Below are positions 39,565 through 52,107 of a stretch of 64,000 nt of DNA, in pieces. The notes under the pieces were generated by a model. The model was not told the DNA's origin, searched no databases, and was given only the letters and a program-made list of their open reading frames with translations. Position numbers and translations under genes: made by a program. This DNA comes from Vicugna vicugna (taxonomy: Eukaryota): positions 186,001 through 250,000 of the forward strand of contig MU057700.1 of the NCBI GenBank assembly GCA_013265495.1, read 5' to 3'. Position 1 is the first letter of the stretch. Each line of letters opens with the position of its first letter.

Positions 39565-40700
39565 TGCTACGGGCCTATATATTTTGGTTCCCACAACCTG
39601 CAGAAATCCCTCCACCTCAAAGCCAGCCCAAATAAAGCAACGTTTCTAAGTACTACTGAAAGGGAACAGGACCCTGTGCCGCCCCCTCCCCTCAACCCCT
39701 GACTCTCGTTTATAGAAAAGCTGAAGTCTCCCAGGCCTCCCTGAGTCACAGAAGAGCAGGCTCAAGTTGTTCATTAGGACAAGCCTGCAGGCATTGGGGG
39801 ATGGCAATGACTCTGACCGCTTGTCTCAATGATTAACTGAGATTATTCCTTCATTTCCCTTTAAAACTTTCGTGGCTGAACAGAATCTTTGGAGGTGGTT
39901 TTTTAGGGGGGATGCTGGGTCCACCAGGTTGCAGCCATTCTGATTAAAAGCAGCTTTCCTTTTTGTTACCAAGGTTCTTGCCCCCAGGATCATACCCCTG
40001 CCCCTTCCTCAAACAGAAACCAATTACTCTTATCTAAGTCTCAGAAGGCAGCTGCAGAGAAGAAATAAGAACTGATTAGAAGTCACTGAGTCCAAGATGG
40101 TGGAGGATCTGACTTCCAGTGGACCCAGAAACTCATTATATGCTCATTGTAATGCATTAGCTGCTAAGTGACACACCCACCAGCGCCATGACAGTTGACG
40201 ATTGCCATGACAACAACCAGAAAAGCCCATACAAGGACTGAAAATCTCCAACAAGGACTAACTGGCTTCATCACACCTGGAAGGAGGACATGATGGCAGA
40301 AGCTTCTCATAAAAGCCCATGCGGCCCGACCCTGCCTGGAACTGCCCCTACGGCCCATCTTGGCCAACGGCTCCCCCTGAGCACCTCTTTCTAACTGGAG
40401 TGCTTCTCTTCCCTTCTCCCTGCTTTCCTTCCATTTCCCCTTCTGAGCAATAAAGCAGCTGTTTATTTGGTCCCTCTGCCTCTGCTATGCAAATTCTTTC
40501 ACAGTCTGAGGCAAGAACTCACACTTTGGTGGGCCTCCTAATTTTCGGGTCCCTCCATTGGCTAGCACTACCAGCGTATGCATCTGGTATTCTGTCGCTA
40601 TGCAGATACACCTCGGGACTCCCTCCCCAGCATGGGTAAGGGGGATAGCAGACAGCAGGAGTGCTTGGAACAAAAGGATTTTTGGCTCCTCCCCTTTCTT
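39565..40700 (+). mobile_element. Two apparently nested LTRs (MER41-like copy starting ~39964 inside another LTR); right boundary uncertain
   Basis: TG starts at 39565 and 39964; MER41-like core 'gacacacccaccagcgccatgacagtt...tgccatgacaac' at ~40170-40215; AATAAA at ~40449. Confidence 0.65.
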
Positions 40701-41289
40701 TGACCTAGGCACTTTTGGCTCTGTCTCTCCAGTAGCAAACACTTATCACCATTAGCACTATTAGTGCCATTAGAGTCTCCTGGTCTGTCACCATCATCCA
40801 TTATCTAACTGTTGCACCAGCCTTTCAACTACTTCCTCCGCTTCCCATGTGCATACTACAGAGTTCTTCGAGGCCACAGTGGCAATGCTGTATTCATTGG
40901 CAGTAATGGATCATCCTTATTCTCCCCATAATCACTGACAGAGCAAAAAGGAGGGGAAAATCAGAAACTTGTGGACATCTCAATAAAAAGAGATGACAAG
41001 GTAGTCACAGAAGCCTGTAATTATATTGGTGATTAAAAAGTATTTCTAAATTTACATATAGTAAAATTCACTCATTTTTGGCTCTTTTAAGTCTTGACAG
41101 ATACATAGAGTCATGTGACCACCATTACAAATCAAGATAGAGATACACTTCATGGCCCCTAAAAATTTCCCCATGCTTTTGTCAACCCTCCCTTATCCCT
41201 CACCCCAGCAACTCCTGAGGACCACTGATCTGTTCCCCATCTCTACAGTTTTGCCTTTTCTAGAATGTCATATAAATGTCATGTACATG

Positions 41290-41774
41290 TGTGAATGAAA
41301 ATACTGCAAGCCAAATCAGTAAACAAAGAATGCTGAAGCCATCAAGTCATCAGCAGCTGCCACCACTCCACAGTGAAGACAAGCCTGCAGCCCAGCCTCT
41401 GCAGCCACTCACAGTGGTGCACTCTGAGGGGACTCAGAATAAGAAAGGACAGGATACTGGCCCTAGATAGCTAGATGCTTGTCAAAGGAATGAATTCAAT
41501 GAGCCCAAGTGTTTGCTCCCTCCCATACATAGAAAAGCACTAAATTCTTTAACTTGAGATGCCTGATTTTCTTTAGTTAACAAGTAATCTTTTAATGTTC
41601 CTACTACCTGATCTTTGTTGTAAAGCTCCTATATATCCTGGCTCCCCCCAACTCTTCGGAGCAGTCCCTCAGAGCAATCTGACAGGCTGTCATCCTGGGC
41701 TCAAGTCCTCAAAATCGTCCACTGAATAAAACATAACTTTCAACTTTTAGGTTGTGCATTTATTTCAGTCGACA
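41290..41774 (+). mobile_element. ERV1 solo LTR inserted in an L1M 3' end
   Basis: TGTGAA...AGTCGACA termini, TATA-like (~41630), AATAAA (~41725), perfect 4-bp TSD CATG (41286-41289 / 41775-41778). Confidence 0.88.
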
Positions 41775-41989
41775 CATGGAATCATACAGTTGGGGTCCTT
41801 TTGAGTCTGGTTTCTTTCACTTACAATGCTTTCGAGAATCATTCACGCTGTGGCTGAGCAGTAGTCCACTATATGGATGTATCAGTTTGTTGACCCATTT
41901 GCTCACTGGAGGACTTTTGGGTTGCTTCCAATTTGTCTCAGAAGCTGACATAATACAAGATATATTTCAGTAGCAGTGGAGGTTTGGAC

Positions 41990-42840
41990 TTTATTAACCA
42001 ACCTGACCTAACTAACACATACAGAATAATCATTCTTCTCAAGTGCATATGGGACATTTACCAAAATAGCACACATTCTGGGTCATAAAGAATGTATAAG
42101 CAGATTTCATATAATTGAAACAATTTCAGAGTACATCTCTGCCTTTCGTATAATTAAATTGGGACTCTGCAACAGGAAGATGACTAGAAAATCCCCTAAT
42201 ATTTGGAAACTAAGCAACACCCTTCTACATAACTCACAGGACAAAAGAGAAATTAAAATGGAAATTTAAAAAAATCTTTAGCTAAATGATAATAAAAACA
42301 CGTTTAAAACCTCTAAGAGACAGTAAAGTAGTGCTTAAAGGGAAATTTATAGTTTTAAATGTATATAGTAGAAAAGGAGATTGAAAACCAATGAGCCTGG
42401 CTTCCAGCTTAAGGAATGAACAAACCCAAAGGAGAATAAATATCCCTCCAAAGTTAGAAATATAGAAATAATAAAACTAAGGACAGAGATCAATGAAATA
42501 CAAGGCACAGTTGAGAGAACTCAACAAAGTTGAAAATTGCTTCTCTTGGAAAAAAATTATAAAATTGACAAAACTTCAGCTAGTCTGCTCAAAGAAAGAA
42601 AAATGCAAAGATTCCCCAGCATCAGAATGAACAGTGGGACATTACTACAGATTCTACAGACATCTGAGGAATAATATGAGGGTGTTAGGATAACTTGTCA
42701 GTAAATCTGCAGATTTAGACAAAATGGAAAAATGTTTCAAAAACACAATTTACCAAAGTGACATAGGAAAAAGTGGATAATCTGCATGGCCCTATATCTA
42801 TTAAAGAAAACGAATTTGTAATTTAAAAACTTCCTACAAT
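41990..42840 (+). mobile_element. Old L1 ORF2 fragment
   Basis: 'ttcttctcaagtgcatatgggacatttaccaaaatag', 'gtgcttaaagggaaatttatag', 'gacattactacagattctacagacat'. Confidence 0.8.
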
Positions 42841-42853
42841 AAAAGTCAAGGTG

Positions 42854-42911
42854 CAATTATGCTGTACAGCAGAAATGGACACATTGTAACTGACCATACT
42901 TCAATTAAAAA
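42854..42911 (+). mobile_element. Ultra-short (~58 bp) L1 3' end insertion
   Basis: Matches the end of the L1 at 1053-1623; perfect 13-bp TSD aaaagtcaaggtg (42841-42853 / 42912-42924). Confidence 0.85.
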
Positions 42912-43199
42912 AAAAGTCAAGGTGGAGATGGTTGTTTGTGTTCTCATTGAAAATCTGTCAAGCACAAATTTATGATTTGTATACTATCATGTATGTATAT
43001 TACACTTACAAAAAGCTGTCAATGTTCACTTAAAGTAAACAAATAATATTGGGAGTGATGGGTGGGGGTATAAATGAAATGAAGTTGGCCATGAAAATTG
43101 TTGAAGTTGCATCATTAGGCTTATTATACATTCTTAGGTCCTTTGTAAATGCTTGCAGTTTTCCATAACAAAATGTTTTTGTAAAAAAAAAAAAAAAAG

Positions 43200-43775
43200 T
43201 CAGACCATAACATAAAGTCCACCAGCTTTGCCGCTCCCTCTGAGTCAAAGCCACAATGGGCCAATGGCCCGCCAGGATCTTTTTGATCTGGTTACTCCCT
43301 GGAATCTCACTCTCCACCACATTCTCACTCATTTTCATACCACTCTGGCCTTGTTATGGCTTGCACATGCCCAAGGCATATTCCCATCCCAAAGTGCCTT
43401 TGCACTTGCTGTTCCCTTGGCTTCAAATGTTCATTCTTCAGACTCAGCACGGCTTGCCTCAGTCAGGTCTTTGCTCAAATGTCACCCTTTCAGTGAAGAC
43501 TTCCTTGACTACCCAAAATAAAATAACTGACTCCATATATTGATACCCTATCCCTTCTCCCTGTCATGCTTTTCTCCAGAGCATCTGCTTCATCTGACAT
43601 ATGAAATATTTACTTGCGGTTTTATTTACCTCAAAGATGCAAAAATGCAAAAATTCTCCCTCAAAAATGTAAATTTCAACCAGACTGGGATATTCACACT
43701 TGTACCCCAGTGCCCAGAATGGCACTTTGCATATAGTAGGTGTTCAATGAACCTATACTGACTGAATGAATAAAA
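43200..43775 (+). mobile_element. L2 3' fragment
   Basis: 'cctttgcacttgctgttccc', 'ctcaaatgtcacc', terminal 'atagtaggtgttcaat...tgaatgaat'. Confidence 0.7.
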
Positions 43776-44389
43776 AAGGTCCTAGACCTCGCCAAGGTGT
43801 GTTACCTTCCCATTCTTCCATCCAGACCTCTCCAACCTGTGGGCTTCCTGGCCCCAGATTTGTTCCATATTCACCTGAGTCTGGGCAGCCTGCAAGGGTC
43901 ATTTCTGACCTCGACCCCACCTCCCCAAACCCAGGTTGTTGCCAGAGAACAGGGATACCCCTTCAGAGAGACAGGAGGCTCCGCTGGGAGCCAGAAGACT
44001 TCTTAGTGGTTTTGGAAAAATGGGGACTATGGAATTTCCCAAGATGGTTTTGGACCCTTGCTCTGCCACTTACCAGCTCTGAGATCCTGCAGGGTCACTT
44101 CACTTCCTAACCATCTGTTTACTCATCTGTCCCAGGGCAACACCACCAACACCAACCATACAGAGTGGTTGTGATGGCTAATGGGAATAACCAGAGGGAC
44201 CAGATTTGCCCGCGGAAGCTCTTTAACTGTCAGATGCTGATGATAAAAATTTTGGCGGCTCTCAGAGAACCCCCAAAGGGTCTTTTACAGGAGATGGACA
44301 CATCACCTTTTAGGTTGTTTGTTACCTTATCCTTTATAAAATGAAAAGCTGGCTCTGTCGCTCCCTGCTCCCTCCCTCTTCACCCTCAA

Positions 44390-45430
44390 CCCCTACCCTT
44401 GCCCAGCGCCCTGTGCCCTGGACACGCGCTCTACCTCGCCTTGCACCTTCCGTTCGGCACTTTCCCTCTCCACGCGCCTGCCACGCGCCCCTCCTCACCC
44501 GGCGCTCTGGCCCCACACACTCTCTCTCGCTGCGCCCTCCTTCTCCCGGCGCCCGCCCCGCACCCTTGTCCCGCGCCCGCCCGCTCCCCACGCTCTCGCG
44601 CCCGCCCGCTCCGTGCCCGCACCGTGCCCGCCCCGTGCTCGCTCCGCGCTCGCTCCCTCGCTCGCGCTCCCCGGCGCCGGCTGCGGAGGGAGCCGCTCTG
44701 CCCGCAGCTGGCGCAGCGCGGGGGCGGCCGCGGGTGGGCGGGTGCCGCGGGCCCGGGTGCCGAGCATGAGCCGCCGCCGGCGCCGGCCGCGCGCTGCTCG
44801 GGGCCCGACTGCGGCGCGAGGGCTGCGCTGGAGCTACGCTGGCCCGGACCGAGGTAGGCAGCGGCCGGCGACCCTCAGTCCCTCAGTCCCTCCCTCCCTC
44901 CTGCGGACCGTCCCCTCCGGTCCCGGCGCGGACAGGGCGGGGCGTGCGCGGGCCCGGGGTCCCGCCCCGCGCGGCCGTCGTGGGGTCGGGGCGCAGGCTC
45001 CCGGCGCTGGCCGGGGGACGCGCGTGGAGGAGGGCGTGCGGGAGCCCAGTGCGGAGTTGCCTAGAACTCCGCCCCGGGCTGGGCAGCGCCGGGACCCCCA
45101 GTCCCCCGCCCCTGCGGGGCACCGGGCGGTCTCAGCCTGGGCGTGACTGGAGCGCACTCGGCAGGTTGGAATGGGCACCCGCTGGCGGGTCCCTTGTCCC
45201 GGGCCTGGCGTGGAGGAGGGGGCTGGGAAATACGAGGCGCTGGGGCTGCGCAATTGGAAGTTTCCATTGGTTTGTCTGCATTCTGGGGCCCGCGGTGGCA
45301 TCTCACGCCCTTGCTGTTTGGCGAGGAATTGGGGCGTGAGCTCAGCATTTGAGGGGAGCTGGCCAGGGCGAGATGCCCACCTCTGCACCGTGAACAAGGG
45401 TCATTTCAAGGACCGCGCTCTTTTTGCCCA
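44390..45430. promoter_or_regulatory. CpG island promoter of a plus-strand gene (identity not recognised)
   Basis: Very high GC and CpG density, multiple GC boxes (CCCGCCCC, GGGCGGGG), followed by a consensus splice donor. Confidence 0.9.
44600..44853 (+). other. Probable first exon (TSS approximate), ending at donor GAG|GTAGGC
   Basis: Donor GT at 44854-44855 in the island core; ATG at 44766 (A at -3) is open through the donor; no recognisable coding exon downstream in the window. Confidence 0.6.
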
Positions 45431-46556
45431 GGCCCTCCCTGCTGGAAACAGAGCCTGGGGCAGGTGCAGCTGGTTCTGGTCTGCTTATGTGAGGGGATAG
45501 GGGGCCCTTGCTGTTCAGGGAGGGACACACAGCCGGCCCCTTGTCCCCTGTATCTCTAGCTGCTTCTGCGCCATGGAGCTGGTGGATATTTACAGCGAGC
45601 CCACCTGCCTCTTGGGAGCCGCCCGGAAGCTGAGATGCGGTGGTGGCTGGGGGCACCCTCCTTCCCTGCTTAGAGTTGGGAGCCCCGTCTGGTTCACCCT
45701 TCCCACTGCTGTCCTGGTTCTCTCAGCCTCTGGAGCAAGAGAAGGGCCCGCATGGCCATCTACCCCAGGGAGCCTGGACATGCAGATTCAGGTTGGCGTG
45801 CAGGGCCACCTCACAGAGGAGGTCTGTTCTGCTCCTCAGGGATCTCCCACCTCCCTCTGGACTCAGTCTTGCCCAACCCAGCCTAGCGTGTGTCCAGGCC
45901 CTTCCCTGCTTGGGTAGGGTGTGTCGCACCCTGTTGTGAGCAGGAGGCCACAGGTCTTGACTTTTGAGCTATAGGCTGACTGCTGGCTCCTTCGAGACTT
46001 GGTTTCCCCATCTATAGAATGACGCAATGGTTTCAGTGACTTCTGAGGCCATTATCCCCCTGACATTCAGGGACACTTTACATTGAAACTTCAGGACCCC
46101 CGCTCAGAATAGGAGGAGGGGATCCATGGGGAGGGGAGGAAGTGGAGGGCCTTGGCTTGGGACACAGGAGTAGGTTTTCTGCCCCTCCAGCTTTTCTTTG
46201 TTCTTAGGGACACATGTCATAGTGACCAGCAGCCCTCTGGGGTTGCAGGCCTAGGTGGGGGTGGCAGCAGAATCTGCAAGCCCTGGTCCTGAGAAGAGTG
46301 AACAGGATGGACCCATTTGCTGACACCCTCCCAAGGGCAGCTGTTTGCTTTAGCACATGGCTCCCAGGTTTGGGAGCACAAGCAGGTGTCCCCAGGTATG
46401 CCACGGGGGCCCAAGAGCCAGCCAACAAGTTTGTTTTTCTCTGGGAGGCAACCTCAAACTGCCAGCCTGATGGCTCCCTTCCACCTGGCAAATTGTGGAA
46501 ATGGAACAGTTCACACAGAGCAGAGGGGTTTTTAGTGTAACTTAGCAACTGCAGGC

Positions 46557-46617
46557 GGAGGAGGAGGAGGAGGAGGAAGAGGAGGAGGAGGAAGAAGAGG
46601 AGGGAAGGGGAGGAGGA
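46557..46617. repeat. (GGA)n/GA-rich purine tract
   Basis: Direct observation. Confidence 0.9.
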
Positions 46618-49600
46618 ATACTGGCACCACCAGCATTTGTGCTGTGTCGGCTGAATGAGACCAGTGGCTGCGGGGCCCAGGCTGAAGGGGGAAGGCATCT
46701 CCAGCACAAGTGGCCCCCCTCCAGCTAGCCGGGTGAGGGACAAACTCGCTAGTCCATCTCCTGGGTCTTCTGGAGGAGAGCGGTTGCAGCCAGGATGCTC
46801 AGATGTAGCCAGAGAGCCCCCGAGCACACCTGTCTCCCCATCTTGGATAAGGGGCTGAATGAGCAGTATTGGAATAGCGTCGGTTGATCTTTGGTTTTTA
46901 ACCACAGACCCCTGTTCTTGAGCAACATGTTTCACAGAAGCCAAATTTGTCAAATAGGCCAAGTGAAGGTGCAGGGCGAGGAGCAGGAGGTTTGAGGTTC
47001 AACCACTGCCCTCAGGAGAGGGGGCTGGGGCTGCAATGGGCCCGTGTAGGATGCACATCTCTGCAGGACCTACCCCAGAAGCCCACAGTAGGAGATGCAG
47101 GTCAGGGCCTGTCCAGGTTGTCCTGACTCAGTGTGGCTCCCAGTCCCAGCCCAGCCCTCCTGCTGCCCCTGCTGGGACTCCTCCGCTCCCCCTCTTCCCT
47201 CCGGAGGCCATCTGCTGCAGCCCTGGGCTGCTCTGGCTGTTTTCTCTCTCAGAGCTTCCAAATGCTGAGCAGAAATCTGCCTCCTGTAACTCCCACCCAC
47301 TCCAGGCTGCCTTGAGATCCTTTGCCCTCACTTGCCCACCTCCCTCCTGCAGATGAGTGTTTACTTAGCAACATGTCTTCCAGGCAGAATCTGAGGAGGG
47401 AGGCAGGGAGGGAGGTCCATCATCACAGGGTACCTAAGTGGCATCAGTGGGGAAACTGCCAGGCCCATGGCCATGGGAGGCGAGGTGGGCCTCTGACACC
47501 CATTGGCCACATGTCAGGGCCCCCTGATCTGCTGGGGCCTCAGGAGGACAGTCTGTCCTTTTTTAAGAGGGTGTGCCCTTCTCATGTCTTTCTGGGCACA
47601 GAGACCGGGTGTGTGTGTATGTGTGTGTGTGTGTGCTGGAGAGTGAACACAAGGCTGCCCTAGGCTGGTACAAGAATGGCCTGGTCACTATGGAGTCATC
47701 CAGAATGTCCTTGCACTGGGGACACCAGGAAGTCCAAGTCTAACAAGCTTGGAGCCAGGTTGGGACAGTCAGCTGACAGCAGCCTGGCAAGGGCATGACA
47801 GGAACATGGAGGGGAAAGCCGAAAGCCTCGCCACATCCTGGCCTGCTCGGAGTGTGCGAGGGCCAGGGACCAGGCGTGGAGGAGAGGGGCTCACCCCGGG
47901 GCGGGGAGGGCTTCGAGGATTTGCCTCCTAGGATGAGCCTCAGGCCCTATAAAGAGGCTCGTGAGAGGCGTCTGGTCTACAGTGTGAAAGTGTCAGGGTC
48001 CACACTGATACCAGCCAGGGCCAGGGAGAGGCAGGGTGGCTGCCTGTCGCTGCCCCTGCCTCAGGGTGGACAGTCAGATGGCCTCAGGTGTCTGCAGAAG
48101 CATTTCCTGAGAGCCACACAGGCGTCTCTGAGTATGATTCAGGGCAACACCGAGCAGTCCTGCCCTGGAAGCTTCTCCTCATCTCATGTGTTTGACAGGG
48201 AAGCCCCTCAGGGTCAGTGAACTGGTGCCGAGATGTGCACACAGCACAGGAGGAAGGGAACCTCTCGCCCCCCTGACCACCATAATCGCCTACACTGGGC
48301 AGGGGACGGGCTGGGGACTGTGCTGCCCACGAGCTCCGGGCCTGCCGTGTCCCTTCTGAGCGGGCTGTGAGGTTCTCCCGGGCCCTCACCCTCCCTCCGT
48401 GGTGCAGGGTGAAATCGGGTGGGGTGGGGAGTGGGAGAGCCCCACCTCCAGGAGGGGAGGCCTGGGCCTTGATGAGTATCCAGCTTTTCAGAGGAGAGCA
48501 TCCCATTTTTGTTGCGGGACGCATGTGCAGGGAGCTGGCCCCTGGGGTGCCGCGTTCCATTTGTCCAGCTCCTTGGAGGAGCGGTCAGTGTAGCTGCCCT
48601 AGTGGACTGTTGACAACCTCAGAGGTGAAGTTACTTGCGCGAAGCTTCTTCCAGTTTAAACACAACAAACCTTTCTTGGCTGTCTCCCCCTCCAGCTATT
48701 TTGCACCCCACGCTCCTCCTCTGCACGGACTGACTCTGATGGGTGTTCTCTGCTTGCTCACTGCGCGTCCTCACTTCCCACTCTCCCCAGCCCACTCCCA
48801 TCTGGTACGCCCCTGACTCCGGGGAACAGGTCTTCCGAGGCCCATGGACATCTCCAGCCCTGCACGCATTCACAGCCCCTGCTTCCAGGCTGTCATCCCC
48901 CTGGCTCTGTAGGCCCAGACCAGTGCCTCCATGTCTTCCGGCCCCCCTGCAGACCTCCCCTCCTCTCTGGGGGGCACTCAGGTTTCCTGTTCCTCAGGAC
49001 CTGGGCACACCCCTATCTCCTCCCCACTGTGGCTTCTGTTCCTTCCTTGATGCTGATCCCGTCCCAGCTGCTGACTACCTCCCAGGTGACCACAGGCAGC
49101 CTGTCCACTGTCATCGCTGCCCTGAGCCTCACTTGCTCCAGCCCCTGCATCTGAGTAGGTGGGACAGCCAGGGTCTCCCTCGAGCCTCTGCCAGGTCAGC
49201 CCTCACATTGACTGAGTCTTCAGTCAGTCTGCCCTCCTCCCTCTCTTTCACCCCCTCCTCGTCCCCCTGCCCATCACAACTGCCAAGGGTTGGGCTGCCC
49301 TCTCCTGGCTTGGACAACTGCAGTGGCCTTCTCCTGCAGAGCTTTCCCCACACCACAGCCAGGTGCCCTTTTTCACCTTCTCTTTGTAAAAATGCCTGGA
49401 GTCTTCTGCTGCCATGCAGGACTGCCTGTCCCAGCCTAGTTGGCTCCCAGCCTTCCTTAGGGTGCCTTCCGGCACAGGTGTGCTGGGAGGGGTGTCCTGG
49501 GCCTCTGCAGCACGCTGCCTCTGTGCAGTTGTCTGTCTGGGATCCCTTGGAGTTAAGTCTATACCTGGCCTGTTGGCCCCGGTTGGATCACCAGCTCCAA

Positions 49601-49942
49601 GATGGTGGCTGTGCTGGAGGACTCAGCAAACAGTCGTGGGATGCGTGCGAAAATCTGTGAACTGCTGTGCGTGGTGGGGCAGAGAAGCGCAGATCAGTCT
49701 GGGGAAGTGCCTGGCCTGGGCCACATTGCTATCCCCCTTTCAGGGAGAGGAGAGGGAAGCTGACTGACCCACAAGTTCTGGGACAGGCCAGGCGGTGGTC
49801 TCTGGAGACCTGGACCTGTTCAGGAAAGAGTAGTGGGGGTGGGGCTGGAAAGCCAGGCCCTTGTCTGTTGTCACCACCACTTCCGTTTCTCCAAGTGTCA
49901 CCCTCAGACTCTACCTTGAAGAGAGAGTTCTCCCTGGATCTG

Positions 49943-49956
49943 GTTGTCATGGCAAC
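49943..49956. promoter_or_regulatory. RFX X-box motif
   Basis: GTTGTCATGGCAAC, a 13/14 match to the palindromic GTTGCCATGGCAAC. Confidence 0.55.
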
Positions 49957-52052
49957 ACTGTTAACAAAGAGTAGCTTCCGTGGAGGAGGCTGGCTCACCC
50001 AGAAACTGAGGGGGCTGGGAGAGGGTGTGCGTCTGATGGGTTTATTAGTGGGGGCCTGTGTTTGTACCCTTAGCAAGGCCCACATCACGTGGACCCTTCA
50101 GCCCATGGGGCTCTCTGGGCCTCTGGTACCCAGACCCTCCCAGTATGATTGTCATGAAGCCTCAGTTCCGTCTGGGTGTGGCCTGGACCCCAGCCACAAC
50201 TGGGTCACCAGGCAGGCCAGGGAGGCCTCCGACTTTGGTGGTGGGGAGGATGTGTCCAGCCCTGGCGCCATCACTTTCCAGGATGAGGACCCCGACTTTG
50301 TCACTGGAGAAACCCAGACGCAGAGGCCGGGACTTCTTTTGCCTAGGACTTCCCTGAAGACTGGATCTGTGCCCAAGCCCCTTAGGTTGTGAATTCTGAA
50401 CAAGGCCTGCCCAGGTTCCGCTCCTCTGAGGTTACGGTTTGATTGAATGAGGTAGTGACACGCAGTGCTGGGTGAAACCCTAGAGCCTGGGAGCCCTGGT
50501 CATCTGACTGCAGATGGTTGGGCCTGGGATCCAGGTCTCTGGCCTCAGAGCTGGGGGAGGGAGAAGGAGGGTGAGAGGCTGGCCACGGGGACCAGCTCAG
50601 GGATTAGGTTGGATGGGGTTGGAGGCTCATGTAGAAGGAGCTCATGGAGTTCCTAGGGGACCCACCACAGCTTTCATGAGTTACTCACTCGGAGCAGGCA
50701 GGAGGCTGAGTCAATTATTCATTTTATTGTGGTTATTTCAGTGGGTGGCACCTGCTGGACATACGAAGCCAGTAGCAGGAGAGCATCGAGGCTGCCCTTG
50801 CAGGAGTACATGTCCTGTCCACACTGCCCATGGCCAGCCAGGGCCCTTCCCCCTCAGCCCCACTGTGGGAAGGGGCCTCCATGCCCTGCGCCCTGCCCTC
50901 CTTGGGCCTGGGAGCCCAGCCCACCCCAGCTCTGTGAGCCCTCGCTGCTGGGATGTTGGGTGAGCAGCTGGGCCCTGGGCCCTCACTGCTGGGTCAGCAA
51001 CGTGAGGGTTCTTGAGGACTTCAGAGTGAGCAGGGTTGGCCCGGGCCCAAGCCGTTCCTCTGGGAGAGTCCAGGGCAGCCAGAGTCACTTCCAAGAGTGG
51101 GCTTGTCACTTGGGGCGGGGCCTGGAGGGGAGCCTCCCACAACGTGCCAGTCACCTCCCTACCGCCCCCAGCCACGGAGGGCTAAGGAGCTCACGCGTAC
51201 TTGTAGAACCGAACAGTTAATGATGGGAACATTCATGAAAATTGCCTGCAAATTGGCGGTCACAACACCTCAAGGAATATCACTGAAACGCTATGATTCA
51301 GACCCTGTTTTCTGCCTACAATGCAGTTATGATAGAAATTAATAACAACACGTAACTCTAAACAGTCTAATATTTGGAAATTTTGAAACGTGTAAATTCG
51401 TGACTCAAAGAAAAAAATCATACTGGCAATTAGATGATAATGGACTTAAATGATAAAAATATAATGAAGGATACTTGTGGGACACAGCCATAGTGGCACT
51501 GCAAATGTGTCACCAGCTGACCTTGTCTGAAGAGCCTATGTTCTTTGAGACATCCATGTCGAGGTGCCTCCTCCTTGGCCTTGGCCAATGGAAAAGGGAC
51601 GCTCCGGGCGCCTTGGGAAGGGGTTAGAGGCAGGGAGCAGTGGGCAGTCCTGTGACTGCCAGGGTGCCTGAGGTTGGTGTGGAAGCCCCTGGCTTCTCCT
51701 TGCTGTCAGGCCAGGCTGGGTCTGGGGGAGCTGCTCTGCGCTCAGCTTGCAGAGACCAGGAATTTTAAAGCACACTTTCTGGCAGCCCTGGCCGCCAGGG
51801 TGCAGCCCCAGGTCCTAGCCATTCACAGCCCTGGAGAAGGATGTCAGGGGTGTCGAGGTCGGGCTGAGACTTTGAAGCGCTGTTATGTGAGGTGGCTGGG
51901 GACACTGTTAGGGAAGGAAAGGAAGGACCAGTGCAGGGAAAGGCCCAAGGCTGCAGAGTGGAGAGAGGACAGAACAGCTGGTGGTATGGTGGAGGTCAGA
52001 GCCCTCGGACCACCCTGTCTGTGCTGAGGAGCTTGGTATGCTGGGCGCGTTT

Positions 52053-52107
52053 TGTGTGTGTGTGTGTGTGTGTGTGTCTGTGCGCGCGCGTGTGCGCGCG
52101 CATGTGT
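52053..52107. repeat. (TG)n-(CG)n alternating purine-pyrimidine tract
   Basis: tgtg...tgtctgtgcgcgcgcgtgtgcgcgcgcatgtgt. Confidence 0.9.

Noticed and set aside
44334..45500. Many overlapping ORFs in the CpG island
   Set aside because: Stop-codon depletion from extreme GC content; only the ATG at 44766 has splice support.
48743..50392. 305-aa and 241-aa ORFs, and similar ORFs across 45-64 kb
   Set aside because: Pro/Ser/Gly/Leu-rich with no recognisable domain and several overlapping frames open, as expected in GC-rich intronic DNA.
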